Source of the DNA: an uncultured Gammaproteobacteria bacterium
GTDB lineage: Bacteria > Patescibacteriota > Microgenomatia > Daviesbacterales > UBA10151
Direction of reading: 5' to 3'
DNA length: 64,000 bases
Assembly (NCBI GenBank): GCA_964489875.1
Contig: CAZAZW010000001.1
Coordinates: 310,337-374,336 of the forward strand
Made by a program: the position numbers and the translations under genes. The notes under the pieces are model-generated. The model was not told the DNA's origin. It ran no database searches and saw only the letters and a list, made by a program, of their open reading frames with translations. Of this stretch, positions 1 through 8,078 are shown in pieces. Within the stretch, counting starts at the first letter, position 1. Every line of letters begins with the position of its first letter.

Positions 1-1
1 T

Positions 2-133
2 TTTATTACAATTCTTGCCTGGGTTGTATTTGATATTGCTCATGCCCGCTCCAAAGTAGAAATACCGGAAAAGGTTCAAGAGATAATTGAACCCATTAGT
101 CCGGATTTTAATATCCAAGTTTTAGAAGATTAA
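2..133 (+). CDS. 3' end of an upstream ORF (partial, product unknown)
   Basis: The frame is open from the window edge to TAA at 131-133 (FITILAWVVFDIAHARSKVEIPEKVQEIIEPISPDFNIQVLED*). No recognisable motif. Confidence 0.3.
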   Translation, partial: FITILAWVVFDIAHARSKVEIPEKVQEIIEPISPDFNIQVLED

Positions 134-137
134 ACTT

Positions 138-1070
138 ATGACAAGTTTTATTAACAAATTCAAGATCCCCACCCTTTTGGGTCTCGGCATAATTATACTC
201 GGAATTACAGGAGGAGTTTACTTGGTCCTTAGAGAACAAGCTTTTATTTCCCAAGCAGCACCAAATTTAACCCCAAAAAACATTACTGTCACAAACATTA
301 CTGATAATTCGGTAGTTATCTCCTGGCAGACAAATTCGCCGGCTCCCTCTTTTATAACCTTTGGCAGGGATAACCCTGGAGAACAGACAGCTTTAGATGA
401 CCGCGATATAAATGTTCCAAAATCACACTTAACCCATTATGTCACTCTTAAAAACCTCCTGCCTAAAACAAGTTACAAATTTAAGGTTATCTCAGGCAAG
501 ATAACTTCAGAGTTAGAGAAATTTGAAACTGCTGCACCTCTCACAAATCAAACAGGATTTACACCCATCATCGGTTCGGTATTAGACGGCGGATCTCCTT
601 TAGAAGACGGTTTTGTCTACTTATCTCTACCAGATGCTGCTATTCAATCTTCGTTAGTTAAAACAGGCGGAAATTTCTTAATTCCCCTCGCCGAAATCCG
701 TACAACTGATCTTTCTGATTTATACCAATTAACGGAAGGGGCTGTAGCCAAACTAACTATCCGCTCCAATTCAGGAGAATCAGAAGTCCTTTTTAACTTA
801 AAAGCAGATTCCAATACTCTTCCCTCCATAAAATTAGGTCAGAATATTGACCTGACTACAAAAGAAGCACCTGCTTCCCCTATTACAGATTTGAGTAAAT
901 ATGACCTAAATGAGGATGGGAAAATAAATGTGGCTGATAATGCTACAATTTTGCAAAACTTAGGCAAAAATCCCAAAAATAGAAAAGCTGATCTTAATGA
1001 AGATGGAATAGTTGATCAAAAAGACCGGGATCTAATGACCCAAAAACTCAAGGAGTTAGGCGCCCAGTAA
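138..1070 (+). CDS. Membrane-anchored secreted protein with Fn3-like domain and C-terminal dockerin-type repeats
   Basis: N-terminal TM helix (LLGLGIIILGITGGVYLVL). Fn3/purple-acid-phosphatase-N-like stretch ITVTNITDNSVVISWQTNSPAPSFITFG. Two EF-hand-like repeats, DLNEDGKINVADNATILQNLG and DLNEDGIVDQKDRDLMTQKL. Confidence 0.6.
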   Translation: MTSFINKFKIPTLLGLGIIILGITGGVYLVLREQAFISQAAPNLTPKNITVTNITDNSVVISWQTNSPAPSFITFGRDNPGEQTALDDRDINVPKSHLTHYVTLKNLLPKTSYKFKVISGKITSELEKFETAAPLTNQTGFTPIIGSVLDGGSPLEDGFVYLSLPDAAIQSSLVKTGGNFLIPLAEIRTTDLSDLYQLTEGAVAKLTIRSNSGESEVLFNLKADSNTLPSIKLGQNIDLTTKEAPASPITDLSKYDLNEDGKINVADNATILQNLGKNPKNRKADLNEDGIVDQKDRDLMTQKLKELGAQ

Positions 1071-1725
1071 ACTTATCAACCAACATAAATTCTGCCTGAG
1101 GTTTTTCCAGTAGCCCGGATTTGAACTTGAAATCAATCTCCAAAAGGTCTTTATAAAGATTCTTTATATTTTCCCTGTTAAATCTTATTCTTTGTCTGGC
1201 TAGTTTCTTTCGGACAAAATCAGGAGCATTTTTAGGGGTAGCTATTAAGTTGCGCAGCAGATAAAAAACCATTGTCAGACAGTAATGAATGTCAAAACCG
1301 GCATTTTTAAGTTTCTCCATCTCCAAGAAGGCTTTTTGGTCCTGAGCTGCTAAAAAATCCAAAAACGGAAAAACCGAAACCTCTTTGGCTTCAGGGAAAA
1401 ACAGCGCTTCAAACCCCGGCCACTTTTTAGTATCTACTTCATGATCAAACCACAGAACTAGGGTATAAGCAGAGCTTGCCCCGACTTTGTCGGGGTAGGG
1501 TATGGGGTATAGGGTATAGTTGGCTAATTCTTCTGGAGGGTTTTCTAAGACGATTAATTGTTGGCCGGAAAAAAGAGAAGACGTAACTAAACTACCTTTA
1601 ATAATCTGCAAATCCGTTCCCTCTTCATAAACTACTACACTATTTTGATCAAATCTTCGTTTAAGTTCTACAAGTTTATTTCTTGAAGCAGATTTAGCGG
1701 GCCCGTGCAGAAGCAGTTGCGTCAT
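1048..1725 (-). CDS. DNA polymerase III delta subunit-like protein (tentative)
   Basis: 225 aa. The N-terminal half (LLLHGP...LFSGQQLIVLENPPE) and helical C-terminal half resemble short HolA proteins. This is a weak by-eye match only. Confidence 0.35.
   Translation of the reverse strand: MTQLLLHGPAKSASRNKLVELKRRFDQNSVVVYEEGTDLQIIKGSLVTSSLFSGQQLIVLENPPEELANYTLYPIPYPDKVGASSAYTLVLWFDHEVDTKKWPGFEALFFPEAKEVSVFPFLDFLAAQDQKAFLEMEKLKNAGFDIHYCLTMVFYLLRNLIATPKNAPDFVRKKLARQRIRFNRENIKNLYKDLLEIDFKFKSGLLEKPQAEFMLVDKFTGRLTP
1498..1518. repeat. Heptamer tandem array GGGTATR x3 inside the HolA-like ORF
   Basis: gggtatg gggtata gggtata read directly. It is preceded by a 7-bp-stem hairpin ccccgac-ttt-gtcgggg (about 1480-1496) and a further tagggtata at about 1460. 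Confidence 0.8.
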
Positions 1726-2929
1726 ATTCTGTTATTTCTCCGACGATTATCTTTCTAACATATCCTTGCACGAAAGAGAAGTCATCATCTTCCGATATTA
1801 AAACATATGCCCCGCCATAATCTGAAGCCGGAGGATGTATCAGTAGAGACTTTCTGCCATCAGGCAAACCAACCTTTAAAGAATCATCCAAGACAAAATT
1901 GGAGGTTTTTTCCAGCTTCTTTGATAATTTATAAAAATCTACCGCCTCTTTAATAGAAATATCAGTATCTACACTTTTACCCAATGCTTCTACTAAATCT
2001 GTCAACTTCTTGGGATTTGCTAGCGTTTCCAAGGATAACACTTTATTCCTGACTGCTTCAATCACCTTTTGTTGTCTTTTTGACCTGGCAAAATCCGATC
2101 CCTCGCCATTTGTACCGTGTCTTGAACGTACAAAACTCAGGGCAATCGCCCCATTCATCTGCATCTCACCCTTAGCAAAACCGATATGTTCATATCTGCA
2201 ACTGAAATATTTTATCCCTTTATCTTCTTCCGCTGAATCAGTGGCAATTTGTCCATCTTTTGTAATTAAAACAACTCTCTTCCCTGGCTCGATATTTAAT
2301 TTTTTGGCTTCTTCCTCATTAAATTCCATCTCTTTTTCCGTGTTTTCACACAGGTCATTTTCCTTACCTTGGATTGGATATAAATAATCATCAAAAGGTT
2401 TTTCTACTACTACATCTATCCCGTCTATTGCATCGATTGCCTTTACAAATCCCCTAAAATCTACCCTCAAGGAGTAATGAATCGGTATCCCCAAAATATT
2501 TCCAAAGACTGTTTTAGGGAGTTCCAAACCATCTTTTTCTGAAAGACCGATTTGATAGACTGCATTTGCTTTGCTTTTCAAAGCCGGCAACCACAAATCC
2601 CGAGGGATGGAAAATAAATATACTTGATTAGTTTTCAAATTATACGAGGCAACCATGATGGTATCGGTTAAACTGCTTCCGTCATGCGCTCCACCTGGGA
2701 TCCCTAAAAGTAATACATTAACATATCCATTGGTAGATTTAAGGGAAGTTCCGGAGATTATAGAACTGACATATGAGCTGGTGCCGGATAAAGTTGTCAG
2801 AAAAACAGCCAAGGACATTAAAATACCAATTACTATAAGTATTGGTGCTAATTTTTTAGCAATATTTTTAACCCTTTTATCAGTAGTTTGTTGCTTTTTT
2901 CCCAGTCGCAGGGGCCGCAAATTTTCCAC
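1694..2929 (-). CDS. LytR-CpsA-Psr (LCP) family cell-envelope polymer transferase
   Basis: N-terminal TM helix, then NVLLLGIPGG...LTDTIMVASYNLKTNQVYLFSIPRDLW, the typical LCP core. Confidence 0.8.
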   Translation of the reverse strand: MENLRPLRLGKKQQTTDKRVKNIAKKLAPILIVIGILMSLAVFLTTLSGTSSYVSSIISGTSLKSTNGYVNVLLLGIPGGAHDGSSLTDTIMVASYNLKTNQVYLFSIPRDLWLPALKSKANAVYQIGLSEKDGLELPKTVFGNILGIPIHYSLRVDFRGFVKAIDAIDGIDVVVEKPFDDYLYPIQGKENDLCENTEKEMEFNEEEAKKLNIEPGKRVVLITKDGQIATDSAEEDKGIKYFSCRYEHIGFAKGEMQMNGAIALSFVRSRHGTNGEGSDFARSKRQQKVIEAVRNKVLSLETLANPKKLTDLVEALGKSVDTDISIKEAVDFYKLSKKLEKTSNFVLDDSLKVGLPDGRKSLLIHPPASDYGGAYVLISEDDDFSFVQGYVRKIIVGEITEYDATASARAR

Positions 2930-3667
2930 TTAAATTTTCTCCGAAACAACTTGACATATTTTAATAAACTCTTCTGCGTCTAAAGAAGCATTGCCAACTA
3001 AGACTCCACTGATATTTTCCTCCATTACAAAACCTTCAACATTACTTACAGTCACACTGCCGCCATATATTATTTCTGAGTTTAGTCCATACTTTTGTTT
3101 GAAAAGAGTTGCCATTTTATCAGCATCCTCTGGGGTATCTGCTTTGCCCGCCCCGGGTGTATTATTCAAACCAGTACTTATTGCCCAAATGGGTTCGTAT
3201 GCTACCATAGTAGCGCCTTCAGGTACAGGAGTTTCTTCACCTTGAACACACACCAGCGCACTGATATTGTTTGCCAATGCCTGTTCCGTCTTTTTTGCAA
3301 CCATCTCATCGGTTTCACCAAAGTTTTTTCTCCTCTCGGAATGTCCCAAAATAACCAGATCAATCAACCCATTTAAAAGCTGTGCCGGCTCTTCCCCAGT
3401 ATAAGCTCCTGTTCCAAACGGAGATAAATCCTGCGCTCCCACTAAAAGGGGATAATTGCCTACAGAAATGGCTTTTTTGACTTCCGAAATACTATCAAAA
3501 GCCGGACAAACCACCACTTTTAAATTATCCTGCTTGGGAATTTTTGGACCAACCTCCGAAACCCAATCCAAAGCCTCACTGATAGTTTTGTTGCTTTTCC
3601 AATTGGCTATAATCCAAATATTCTTACCTTCGACAGAAGGCAAGCTTTGCTTAACCAAACCATCCAT
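2930..3667 (-). CDS. tpiA: Triosephosphate isomerase
   Basis: IIANWKSNKT, GHSERR, AYEPIWAISTG and YGGSV motifs. Confidence 0.9.
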   Translation of the reverse strand: MDGLVKQSLPSVEGKNIWIIANWKSNKTISEALDWVSEVGPKIPKQDNLKVVVCPAFDSISEVKKAISVGNYPLLVGAQDLSPFGTGAYTGEEPAQLLNGLIDLVILGHSERRKNFGETDEMVAKKTEQALANNISALVCVQGEETPVPEGATMVAYEPIWAISTGLNNTPGAGKADTPEDADKMATLFKQKYGLNSEIIYGGSVTVSNVEGFVMEENISGVLVGNASLDAEEFIKICQVVSEKI

Positions 3668-3950
3668 ACTTTTCCAAGTTTACCATGAAATCAGATGAAA
3701 CTTCTATTCCTTCTTGCAGGAGAAGCACTTTCTGCAGTTGTTTTGGGTGATCCAAGCATTTGGTGGAAATAAAACCATACCTGTTTACTACTCTATACCA
3801 AGGGCTTCTTTCTCCATAATAATGCAAAATCCCTCCCACCAACCTAGCACCTCTCGGAATTCCGGCTAAAGTTGCCAGAGTACCGTATGTGGTTACCCGA
3901 CCATAAGGAATTTTTCTGACGATTTCAAGTACGCGCTTCCGGAAATTCAA
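3651..3950 (-). CDS. Alkyltransferase-like (ATL) protein, MGMT-family DNA-binding domain without the acceptor Cys
   Basis: IPYGRVTTYGTLA...GIPRGARLVGGIL, followed by PWYRVVN where MGMT has PCHRV (Cys replaced by Trp, as in ATL proteins). Confidence 0.7.
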   Translation of the reverse strand: MNFRKRVLEIVRKIPYGRVTTYGTLATLAGIPRGARLVGGILHYYGERSPWYRVVNRYGFISTKCLDHPKQLQKVLLLQEGIEVSSDFMVNLEKYGWFG

Positions 3951-4204
3951 CTTTGCAACAGTTCTAAAAGATCAGCTTTGGATGTAACCCCAATTTTCCT
4001 ACCCACTTCTTTCTCGTCTTTTAAAATAATGTAGGTAGGAATACTCATCACTCCATGCTCAGCAGTTTTAGCTTGATTCTCATCAACATTAATTTTTTCT
4101 ATTTCTATCTTGCCTGAGAGTTCTTTTTCCAGCTCTTCAATAATAGGTTCCATTATTTTACAGGGTCCGCACCAAGGAGCCCAAAAGTCTAGCAGTTTAA
4201 TCAT
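3947..4204 (-). CDS. trxA: Thioredoxin
   Basis: WAPWCGPCK active site, 85 aa. Confidence 0.9.
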   Translation of the reverse strand: MIKLLDFWAPWCGPCKIMEPIIEELEKELSGKIEIEKINVDENQAKTAEHGVMSIPTYIILKDEKEVGRKIGVTSKADLLELLQS

Positions 4205-4212
4205 AAGTTAAT

Positions 4213-6141
4213 ATGATAACATATAACGCAACTATGCCCCCTCTCTTAGATGATTTAAATCCCGTTCAACAGCAAGCCGTTAAAACTACCGAAGGTCCTT
4301 GCTTAATCTTGGCTGGAGCCGGTTCCGGTAAAACGAAAGTCTTGACCCATCGGGTAGCTTATCTGATCCAGGAGAAAAGTGTACCACCGGAGAGTATTCT
4401 TATGGTCACGTTCACAAACAAAGCCGCCGGCGAGATGAGAGACCGCATAATCAAGCTTCTGAATTTCCAGCTTCCAGCCTCTAGCTTCCAACTTCCAGTA
4501 ATGGGCACTTTCCACAGTTTTTGCGCCAAAATCCTGCGCCGTGAGGGTCAGACCCTGGGATTACCCCCAGGATTTGCCATTTACGACGAAGGTGATGCTT
4601 TGGATGCAGTTAAAGAAGCCATGAGTAATTTAAACATCCCGACTCAAAAAACCTCTCCGGCTGCTGTTAGAAATACCATTTCCGGAGCTAAAAACGAACT
4701 GATTTCTTCCTTGGAATACCCACAATATGCCAGAGGTTATTTCCAGGAAACTGTGGCCAAAATTTATCTAGAATATCAAAAAATTTTAGAGAGAAACCAC
4801 GCCCTGGATTTTGATGATCTATTGTTATACGTCATTAAACTATTCCAGTCTGACCCAAGTATCTTAATCCGCTATCAAATTCAATTTCGCTATATCCTGA
4901 TAGATGAATACCAGGACACTAACCCGGCCCAATATTTAATCAGTAAATATTTATCCAAACGCCACAAAAATATTTGCGTTGTGGGTGACGCCAGCCAATC
5001 AATCTATTCATTCAGAGGCGCAGATTTTCGAAACATAGTAAATTTTCAAAAAGATTATCCGGAGGCACAAGTTTTCAACCTGGAACAAAACTACCGTTCT
5101 ACCCAAAACATCTTAGATGCAGCCTTTGCTGTTATTTCCAAGAATAGATCTCATCCAATTTTAAAACTTTGGACTAATAAAAACGGGGGGGAGAAAATTG
5201 AGGTGATTGAAGTAAGAAACGAAGTTGAAGAAGCCCTGTTTATCCTAAGCGCTATCACTCGCCTCCAAGGTGAAGCCACCACGAACCACGAACCACGAAC
5301 TCTCAACTCATTCGCCATTTTATACCGGACCAATGCCCAATCACGATCCTTAGAAGAACAATTCCTGAAAGCCGGTATTCCCTATCAGTTAGTCGGCGGA
5401 GTCAGTTTCTATGCCAGGAAAGAGATCAAGGATGTCCTGGCCTATCTTCGTCTGTTACAAAACCCCAAAGATTCAGTTTCCCTAAAACGGGCAGAAAAAA
5501 TCGGCAAAGGGAGACTTTCAAAAGTTATGGAACTTTTCACGGAAATTGAGTCCAAATTAGACCAATATGTCACATTAGACTTATTGGATTTAATTCTAAA
5601 TCGCACCGGTTATTTAGCTTATCTGGATGACAACAGTGAAGAAGGTAAGATGCGGATGGAAAATGTTAAGGAACTGCGCTCAGTGGCGGAAGAATTTCCC
5701 AACTTAACGGATTTTTTGGAAAATGTCGCTTTAGTAGAAGCTTCCGATACACAGAGACACCGAGACACTGACACACCAAAAAATGATGCCGTTACTTTAA
5801 TGACTCTGCATTCGGCCAAAGGCTTAGAATTCCCGGTAATTTTTATGGTTGGTATGGAGGAAGGTTTATTCCCTCATTCCAGATCTATGCTGGATGTAGC
5901 TCAGCTGGAAGAAGAAAGAAGGCTTTGCTATGTTGGCATTACCCGGGCCAGAGAAAGATTATATTTAACTTATACCAGACAAAGGTTATATTTTGGACAG
6001 CGCAGTAATAATTTAGTTTCCCGATTCTTAGGAGATATTCCCCAGAACCTAATTGAAAGCAATACCAATTTTAGGGACCAGGATAGTTTCTTAGATGATG
6101 TCAGCAATAAAACAGATGAGGATGATTGGCTGAAGATTTAA
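4213..6141 (+). CDS. pcrA: UvrD/PcrA-type ATP-dependent DNA helicase
   Basis: LNPVQQQAV, AGAGSGKTKVLTHRVAYLI (Walker A), DEYQDTN, VGDASQSIYSFRGA, TLHSAKGLEF, VGITRAR. Confidence 0.9.
   Translation: MITYNATMPPLLDDLNPVQQQAVKTTEGPCLILAGAGSGKTKVLTHRVAYLIQEKSVPPESILMVTFTNKAAGEMRDRIIKLLNFQLPASSFQLPVMGTFHSFCAKILRREGQTLGLPPGFAIYDEGDALDAVKEAMSNLNIPTQKTSPAAVRNTISGAKNELISSLEYPQYARGYFQETVAKIYLEYQKILERNHALDFDDLLLYVIKLFQSDPSILIRYQIQFRYILIDEYQDTNPAQYLISKYLSKRHKNICVVGDASQSIYSFRGADFRNIVNFQKDYPEAQVFNLEQNYRSTQNILDAAFAVISKNRSHPILKLWTNKNGGEKIEVIEVRNEVEEALFILSAITRLQGEATTNHEPRTLNSFAILYRTNAQSRSLEEQFLKAGIPYQLVGGVSFYARKEIKDVLAYLRLLQNPKDSVSLKRAEKIGKGRLSKVMELFTEIESKLDQYVTLDLLDLILNRTGYLAYLDDNSEEGKMRMENVKELRSVAEEFPNLTDFLENVALVEASDTQRHRDTDTPKNDAVTLMTLHSAKGLEFPVIFMVGMEEGLFPHSRSMLDVAQLEEERRLCYVGITRARERLYLTYTRQRLYFGQRSNNLVSRFLGDIPQNLIESNTNFRDQDSFLDDVSNKTDEDDWLKI
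4465..4499. repeat. Heptamer tandem array (TTCCAGC-like x5) inside pcrA
   Basis: ttccagc ttccagc ctctagc ttccaac ttccagt, translated as FQLPASSFQLPV. Confidence 0.8.
5279..5299. repeat. Perfect heptamer tandem array CCACGAA x3 inside pcrA
   Basis: ccacgaa ccacgaa ccacgaa, translated as TTNHEPRT. Confidence 0.85.
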
Positions 6142-6145
6142 CATT

Positions 6146-6841
6146 ATGGAAAGATACTTAGGCGCTCTTTTAATTATCATCCTTGCCATCTTTGCTAAAA
6201 GCTTGTGGCAATCGCCGGCTGTTTTAGGCACTTCTACTCCATCGCCAACTGAAACTTTACCGGTTAACCAATCCGTTACTACTCAGTCCTCTTTTACAGA
6301 AAAACTCCAGGAAGAAACAGAAATCCTACCAAAAGCAACAGTTTATCAGGATGACCCGGAAACAGAAGCCGGTGAGGAAAAAGTTTTAGAAGAAGGGGAA
6401 GATGGCAAAAAAATTAAGATATTTAAAATCACCTATTCTAAAGACGGGGAAGAATACGACAGAGCCTTGGTTTCTGTGGAAACAACTCCGGCAAAAGATA
6501 AAAAAATCCTGCGGGGGACAAAAATTGTCTGGAAAACACTAGCGACTGCGGACGGAGAAATTAGATATTGGAAAAAAAGGCGGGTTTATGCCACTCACTA
6601 TGACTCCCGTTGCCCGGGTTGTGATGAATGGACAGCCATTGGTATGAGAGCCGGCAAAGGGGTAATTGCCGTGGATCCCAAAGTAATCAAGCTTAGGTCA
6701 AAAGTTTATGTCCCGGGATATGGCCTGGCAGTGGCAGGAGACACCGGCGGAGCCATCAAAGGAAATATTATTGACCTAGGTTTTGACGATGCCAGGACTG
6801 CCGGCTGGTCAGCAAGATTTGTAGATATCTACCTACTATAA
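6146..6841 (+). CDS. Secreted G5-domain + 3D-domain protein (cell-wall-associated, RpfB/YabE-like architecture)
   Basis: Signal anchor. G5-like EEKVLEEGEDGKKIKIFKITYSKDGEEYDR...ILRGTK. 3D-domain end VAGDTGGAIKGNIIDLGFDDARTAGWSARFVDIYLL. Confidence 0.75.
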   Translation: MERYLGALLIIILAIFAKSLWQSPAVLGTSTPSPTETLPVNQSVTTQSSFTEKLQEETEILPKATVYQDDPETEAGEEKVLEEGEDGKKIKIFKITYSKDGEEYDRALVSVETTPAKDKKILRGTKIVWKTLATADGEIRYWKKRRVYATHYDSRCPGCDEWTAIGMRAGKGVIAVDPKVIKLRSKVYVPGYGLAVAGDTGGAIKGNIIDLGFDDARTAGWSARFVDIYLL

Positions 6842-7177
6842 CTTAACGCATTTCCCCTGCGCATCGGGATATACCGGTTCCGGATACTGACATTTGTAAC
6901 CGCTGGGACAAGCATATTGACCTTTCTCTCCAGCAAAACCCCCACAAGGTTTACCTTTATCCAAAACACATTGATTATTAATACATTTTGGTTCCCCAGG
7001 ACAGAATCTGGCACATACCTTATCTTGAGTTCTAATCAACTCTTTCCTTACTGATGTACATTTACAAATATTTACCCCACAATCGCTATCGCTGTTACAA
7101 GTGGTTTCATCTTGGGTTTTGGGGTGCAGGACTGACACTGGGAGTTGAAAAAGGAGCTTTGGAAGTTCCCTTCGCAT
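6836..7177 (-). CDS. Cys-rich domain ORF (12 Cys) without its own signal peptide, probably the frame-shifted C-terminal part of 7107-7436
   Basis: TTCNSDSDCGVNICKC...CARFCPGEPKCINNQCV...CGGF...YACPSGYKCQ...GKCVKL. Overlaps the upstream ORF by 71 nt in another frame. Confidence 0.4.
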   Translation of the reverse strand: MRRELPKLLFQLPVSVLHPKTQDETTCNSDSDCGVNICKCTSVRKELIRTQDKVCARFCPGEPKCINNQCVLDKGKPCGGFAGEKGQYACPSGYKCQYPEPVYPDAQGKCVKL

Positions 7178-7436
7178 GGCAAGTACCGATATCCGTGCAA
7201 ACTAGACAAGACGGCCCACTAAGTTCGCAATCTGGGGGACAACCTCCGGGGCCGAATTGCCGGCAATACTGTTCACTACCTTTGGCAAGAAACATAACCC
7301 TTACAGGTAGCGGAACAGCTGACCTTAATGAATGTAACGTTGAGAGGAATGAAGGATCAGATTTTATTAAAAATAACCCCACACCAACTACTATCACTCC
7401 CAGTAAAATCCAGATCCAGCCAAATCCTTTTTGCAT
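7107..7436 (-). CDS. MQKGF-type signal-anchored Cys-rich surface protein (N-terminal part)
   Basis: MQKGFGWIWILLGVIVVGVGLFL anchor, 6-Cys module (CRQFGPGGCPPDCELSGPSCLVCTDIGTC), then a P/S/V linker that ends in the overlap. Confidence 0.45.
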   Translation of the reverse strand: MQKGFGWIWILLGVIVVGVGLFLIKSDPSFLSTLHSLRSAVPLPVRVMFLAKGSEQYCRQFGPGGCPPDCELSGPSCLVCTDIGTCHAKGTSKAPFSTPSVSPAPQNPR

Positions 7437-7688
7437 TTATTTAATTCTGTGGGCTACTGAGGCTGGAGTCGACCAAAGTTCCTTTTGGATCTTTTTAGGA
7501 ACAGTTCTACCTAATTCCTTCAGATACTTTTTCCCATTAAAAATCTCCAGTAAAACCGGCTCGCCGTCTTTGTCTACCTGAACAATCATATCATCCGTAT
7601 CATAAGCGTCATCAATTTTCTTATCACTTAGTTGAATCATTAAAATATCCACATCTTCACTATAGCTAATTCTCTTTCTTGCTTTCAT
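7437..7688 (-). CDS. DUF2283-like small protein (putative antitoxin partner)
   Basis: 83 aa. YSEDVDILMIQLSDKKIDDAYDTDDMIVQVDKDGEPVLLEI resembles the DUF2283 pattern. Overlaps the upstream ORF by 23 nt. Confidence 0.5.
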   Translation of the reverse strand: MKARKRISYSEDVDILMIQLSDKKIDDAYDTDDMIVQVDKDGEPVLLEIFNGKKYLKELGRTVPKKIQKELWSTPASVAHRIK

Positions 7689-7935
7689 ATGTTCCCCTCC
7701 TGGCAGGGTGTATGGTAATTACCCTAATTATATCACCATCTTTCTCAAAAATGACCCGCAAAATATGTTTTTCATCCAGCAAACTCATAGCTGTTTCTTG
7801 ACCAAATCTGGTAACCCCTCGCCATTTAGGCTTCATTATCGTTTGTCTAATTTTTGCTTGAGACACAATCCAACCTAATGCTTTTAATCTCGGAATTTTA
7901 TCTTCCAAAACATGTACCGTTAAAACGATCTTCAC
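7666..7935 (-). CDS. DUF4258-like small protein (putative toxin)
   Basis: 89 aa. The ...HILRVIFEKDGDIIRVITIHPARR C-terminus is typical of DUF4258-type toxins. Translationally coupled to the DUF2283-like ORF. Confidence 0.45.
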   Translation of the reverse strand: MKIVLTVHVLEDKIPRLKALGWIVSQAKIRQTIMKPKWRGVTRFGQETAMSLLDEKHILRVIFEKDGDIIRVITIHPARRGTYESKKEN

Positions 7936-7952
7936 AGAATTATCTTATCATA

Positions 7953-8021
7953 GGAGTTCGCTTTGAGGATGCGCGCACTGCCGGCTGGAGCGCAAGGTTT
8001 GTGTATATTTACCTGCTCTAA
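7953..8021 (+). pseudogene. Orphan relic of a 3D-domain gene 3' end
   Basis: Translates GVRFEDARTAGWSARFVYIYLL*, versus LGFDDARTAGWSARFVDIYLL* at 6775-6841. Many synonymous differences; no upstream ORF. Confidence 0.65.
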
Positions 8022-8078
8022 TGTCATTCTGGAGCGGAGCGAAGAATCTCATTAATAAACCTAAAGACTGTTAAATTG

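Noticed and set aside
7054-7581. A 175-aa plus-strand ORF across the Cys-rich/DUF2283 region.
   Set aside because: It spans three minus-strand genes that have recognisable features (signal anchor, Cys modules, DUF2283 pattern), and its own translation has no features.
8022-8052. gtcattctggagcggagcgaagaatctc interpreted as a small gene or tRNA fragment.
   Set aside because: It is too short and has no cloverleaf. It resembles a dispersed GC-rich intergenic motif and is mentioned only as context for the cassette boundary.
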